DNA of 8,419 nucleotides from a virus (Duplodnaviria; Heunggongvirae; Uroviricota; Caudoviricetes): IMG/VR virus record IMGVR_UViG_2671181188_000016; one strand, 5' to 3'. Shown piece by piece: positions 6,356 to 8,419 of this stretch (position 1 is its first letter; each line of letters starts with the position of its first letter). The notes under the pieces were generated by a model. It saw only the letters and a program-made list of their open reading frames with translations, ran no database searches and was not told where the DNA came from. The position numbers and the translations under genes were made by a program.

Positions 6356-6550
6356 GTGGAAGAGATAAAGCAAAGCGCTACCGTGATGATTGATCACGAG
6401 ATCCTAAACGAGCTTAAAAAACTTCAATTCGATGTTATTCGCCGGATGAATGAAGCTGGTATATACGGCAGAGCCGCCACGCCAACAATAGGTCATCTTG
6501 CACGTGTGCTGTTACGCGAAAGACTGGGCATTGCAACAGGTGAGGCATAA
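6356..6550 (+). CDS. Hypothetical 64-aa protein (GTG start), first gene of the putative packaging operon
   Basis: Strong SD AGGAGG (6343-6348) about 7 nt upstream of GTG 6356; stop TAA 6548-6550. An AT-rich region with weak promoter-like hexamers (TTGATT 6294-6299; GATAAT 6303-6308) precedes it. Confidence 0.5.
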   Translation: MEEIKQSATVMIDHEILNELKKLQFDVIRRMNEAGIYGRAATPTIGHLARVLLRERLGIATGEA

Positions 6551-6553
6551 CAA

Positions 6554-6715
6554 ATGGCTATCACAGAACGCGAGGCAAGCATCATTAAGGCCATTGGCGA
6601 GGAAACAAGAGACACCATAGCGCCATTGATGGAAAAGATCGCAGAGCTTGAGACACGAATAAACAAGCTGAGTAATGAAGTTGAAGGCCTGATCTCGTTA
6701 CTCGGTGAGCAATGA
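6554..6715 (+). CDS. Hypothetical 53-aa predicted helical / coiled-coil protein (not in the ORF track, below its length cut-off)
   Basis: ATG 6554 is only 3 nt after the preceding stop and in the same frame; translation MAITEREASIIKAIGEETRDTIAPLMEKIAELETRINKLSNEVEGLISLLGEQ has heptad-like hydrophobic spacing; stop TGA 6713-6715. Confidence 0.4.
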   Translation: MAITEREASIIKAIGEETRDTIAPLMEKIAELETRINKLSNEVEGLISLLGEQ

Positions 6716-6718
6716 CAT

Positions 6719-6769
6719 GGGGGGGGAGTGTTCCGGCCGGAAAGTCGATCACCCTGGACACCGCCCCCC
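6719..6769. repeat. G8 ... C6 imperfect long hairpin with central CCGGCCGG palindrome, between ORF53 and the TerS-like gene
   Basis: GGGGGGGG (6719-6726) and CCCCCC (6764-6769) flank GTGTTCC ... GGACACC partial complements and a CCGGCCGG palindrome (6733-6740). Confidence 0.3.
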
Positions 6770-6800
6770 GTCTCATTCGTAGAAAATTTTGCTTTTCAAA

Positions 6801-7074
6801 AAAGTTACACGAAAAGTTACACCCCCTCAAAACGAGGTTTTTGCATGGCATTAACGACCAAAAAAAAGCGGTTTGCTGATGCGTTATCAAGGGGCGCAAA
6901 TCCCACGGAAGCCGCTATACATGCGGGATACAGCGAAAAGACCGCAAGGGTTAAAGGCTGGCAGCTATCCAACGATCCGGAGGTGAAAAAGTATCTTAAG
7001 GCTGTAACTCCTGATGTAACTTTTCAGGTTACAAAACCGAAAAAAGTTACAAAGAAAGTTACCGAAAAAGTTAC
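6801..7074. repeat. AAAGTTAC(AC) repeat array with 12-bp periodicity, spanning the 5' flank and interior of the TerS-like gene; candidate packaging-recognition (pac-like) or regulator-binding sites
   Basis: AAAGTTACAC at 6801-6810 and 6813-6822 upstream of the ATG. Inside the gene: GTAAC at 7004-7008 and 7016-7020, then GTTAC at 7028-7032 (the 7016-7032 pair forming GTAAC-N7-GTTAC), and AAAGTTAC at 7043-7050, 7055-7062 and 7067-7074. Confidence 0.45.
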
Positions 7075-7333
7075 ACCGGAACGGGCATCAATTAACACCA
7101 TTGAGATGATGGATAACGGCCTACCCGACCCCATCAAAGCAATGGGCAGGATACTGATTGACAACATGGACACAGATCCAAAACTGGCTTTAGATGCCGC
7201 GTTTAAGCTGGCCCAGTTCACCCACCGCAAGATCGGCAGCATTGGGAAAAAAGAGGTTAAAAAACTCAATGCCGCTAGTGTCTCCTCAAATCGGTTCCCC
7301 ATCCCTAAGCCACCAACAGGCTTAAGACACTGA
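6845..7333 (+). CDS. Terminase small subunit-like protein (Terminase_2 / SPP1 G1P-type N-terminal HTH), 162 aa; candidate packaging-specificity or packaging-redirection factor
   Basis: N-terminus KKKRFADALSRGANPTEAAIHAGYSEKTARVKGWQLSNDPEVKKYL matches the TerS DNA-binding motif (K.RF...Y...GN.T.AAI.AGYS.K.A...G..L...P.V..Y). Followed by a repetitive KVT linker and a C-terminal domain. ATG 6845 with GAGG about 7 nt upstream is preferred to the track start 6728, which lies in the hairpin region. Confidence 0.7.
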   Translation: MALTTKKKRFADALSRGANPTEAAIHAGYSEKTARVKGWQLSNDPEVKKYLKAVTPDVTFQVTKPKKVTKKVTEKVTPERASINTIEMMDNGLPDPIKAMGRILIDNMDTDPKLALDAAFKLAQFTHRKIGSIGKKEVKKLNAASVSSNRFPIPKPPTGLRH

Positions 7334-7344
7334 GGTATCGAACT

Positions 7345-7506
7345 ATGAGCGAATACATCACAGACCCTATTGATGTACTCACGGAAATCATGAACAACAA
7401 GCAGCAGCCAACCGAAATACGGTTACAGGCTGCCGCTGTTCTGATGCCATATTTTCACGAAACACTAAACCCGTGCTTCCAGGAGGATGAAGAAGATGAT
7501 CTGTAA
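7345..7506 (+). CDS. Hypothetical 53-aa acidic protein between the TerS-like and capsid-like genes
   Basis: ATG 7345 with TGAGGT about 8 nt upstream; acidic C-terminus (QEDEEDDL); its 3' end overlaps the start of the next gene and carries that gene's SD (AGGAGG 7481-7486). Confidence 0.4.
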   Translation: MSEYITDPIDVLTEIMNNKQQPTEIRLQAAAVLMPYFHETLNPCFQEDEEDDL

Positions 7507-8419
7507 AAACATGAAAGGCGTGCCAGCAGTTCGCGCCGCCAGCGTGCTGGCATCGTGTAAATTTAGCCATGCTGACGCTATAGAGATGACGAAAAGAAAT
7601 GATCCGGCAGTATCGTTATTTCTTGAAAAATCCATTGTTGCCGGAATGAACACGGATAACATGCCGTCGCTGGTGGCAGAGCCGATAGTAAGAGAGCTTG
7701 GCGAGTATATTTTTTCGCAGTCTGTACCAGGCAAGCTAATCAGCAGCGCGCTTAATCTTCCGTTTGGCGCAAAATTGCAGTCAATATCAGGCAAGGGTAG
7801 TAAATGGCTTAAAGAAGCCGAAGAAATCCCTGTCAAAGAGGGAGAAGTAAACGAAAGTGCGCTAAAACTGTGCAAACTTGGCGCTATTGTGATGCTGAAT
7901 AACGAGCTAATCAAATTTAGCACCCCTGGTACAAATTCAGCGATCAGAGACTTGATCACATCGGAATCGGTGAAAGAAATAGATAAAAAATTTCTTTCCA
8001 GTGACAAGGAGGTGGCTGGCGTATCCCCTGAGGGCGTGCTTAATGGTGCTGATGAGGCCGAAAACTTCATAGAGCTTTTCAAAAAGCACATAGCGAACGG
8101 TAACACGCTTTCCACGTCGTCGCTAATCTTGCCCGTAGAAAACGCCTTACAGCTTACTGATGCTGAGTTCTGGCAGATAGAGCTTTTGAGAATACCGGTA
8201 ATTGTGAGCGAACAGGCAGATCGCATGATGCTGATAGACGCTCAAAAGCTGATTATTAACGTTGAAGCCACGGTTATAACCCCAACTGATGAGGCGGTAA
8301 TAAAAACCGAATCAGGGGCGGTTAGCCTTTTCCAGAATGACGCTACAGCGTTCAGGGCAATCACCTATTGCGGATGGCAAAAACTCGATAAGGCCGTCAC
8401 CGTTCTGGCGAAAAGCTGA
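7496..8419 (+). CDS. HK97-fold major capsid protein-like protein, about 307 aa; ends at the last base of the window (stop TGA 8417-8419)
   Basis: The segment KWLKEAEEIPVKEGEVNESALKLCKLGAIVMLNNELIKFSTPGTNSAIRDLITSESVKEIDKKFLSSDKEVAGVSPEGVLNG aligns by eye to the conserved HK97-family core (compare HK97 gp5 [45 protein letters not shown]...GLN). ATG 7496 sits 9 nt after AGGAGG; track start 7487 has no spacing. The opposite-strand ORF 7465..8226 is Ser/Leu-rich and shadow-like. Confidence 0.6.
   Translation: MICKNMKGVPAVRAASVLASCKFSHADAIEMTKRNDPAVSLFLEKSIVAGMNTDNMPSLVAEPIVRELGEYIFSQSVPGKLISSALNLPFGAKLQSISGKGSKWLKEAEEIPVKEGEVNESALKLCKLGAIVMLNNELIKFSTPGTNSAIRDLITSESVKEIDKKFLSSDKEVAGVSPEGVLNGADEAENFIELFKKHIANGNTLSTSSLILPVENALQLTDAEFWQIELLRIPVIVSEQADRMMLIDAQKLIINVEATVITPTDEAVIKTESGAVSLFQNDATAFRAITYCGWQKLDKAVTVLAKS

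Noticed and set aside
6728-6844. Upstream start (6728) for the TerS-like ORF
   Set aside because: The extension would be translated from inside the G8/C6 hairpin and the repeat region, and adds a Pro-rich non-TerS-like leader; ATG 6845 has an SD and begins exactly at the conserved TerS N-terminal motif.
6585-6899. Minus-strand ORF 6585..6899
   Set aside because: Spans the ORF53 gene, the G/C hairpin and the TerS-like start in antisense; no SD; spurious.
7024-7570. Minus-strand ORFs 7024..7302 and 7388..7570
   Set aside because: Antisense to the TerS-like gene and to ORF 7345..7506; shadow ORFs.
7465-8226. Minus-strand 253-aa ORF opposite the capsid-like gene
   Set aside because: Ser/Leu-rich low-complexity translation with no motif, whereas the plus-strand frame carries a recognisable HK97-type capsid core and a properly spaced SD.
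1-8419. Classification as a bona fide P4 element
   Set aside because: No recognisable sid/delta/psu-type genes in the window, the replication protein is shorter than P4 alpha, and a TerS-like and a capsid-like gene are present; PICI-like satellite is the more defensible description, though the families share int/alpA/primase logic.

Overview
The window reads as a compact, almost entirely plus-strand mobile element of the phage-satellite type (PICI / P4-like in overall logic), with enterobacterial-like composition. Order: tyrosine integrase (1-1224); a markedly AT-rich cargo gene start-overlapping int (1221-1994); a control region of tandem palindromes plus a hairpin/T-run; an AlpA-family regulator (2086-2310); a divergently transcribed small ribbon-helix-helix-like regulator (minus, 2445-2624) facing a strong rightward promoter embedded in three direct repeats; an early operon of small ORFs ending in a 584-aa P-loop primase/helicase-type replication protein (3930-5684); an iteron-rich origin (5693-5927); small ORFs and an intrinsic terminator; then a packaging/capsid module with a terminase-small-subunit-like protein (6845-7333) carrying a 12-bp-periodic GTTAC repeat array, and an HK97-type major-capsid-like protein (7496-8419). 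No tRNA, rRNA or CRISPR array was seen. The candidates for something new are the AT-rich int-coupled cargo gene, the two operator/promoter architectures, and the TerS-like plus capsid-like pair without an intervening large terminase, portal or protease. All family assignments rest on motif recognition by eye, not on database searches.
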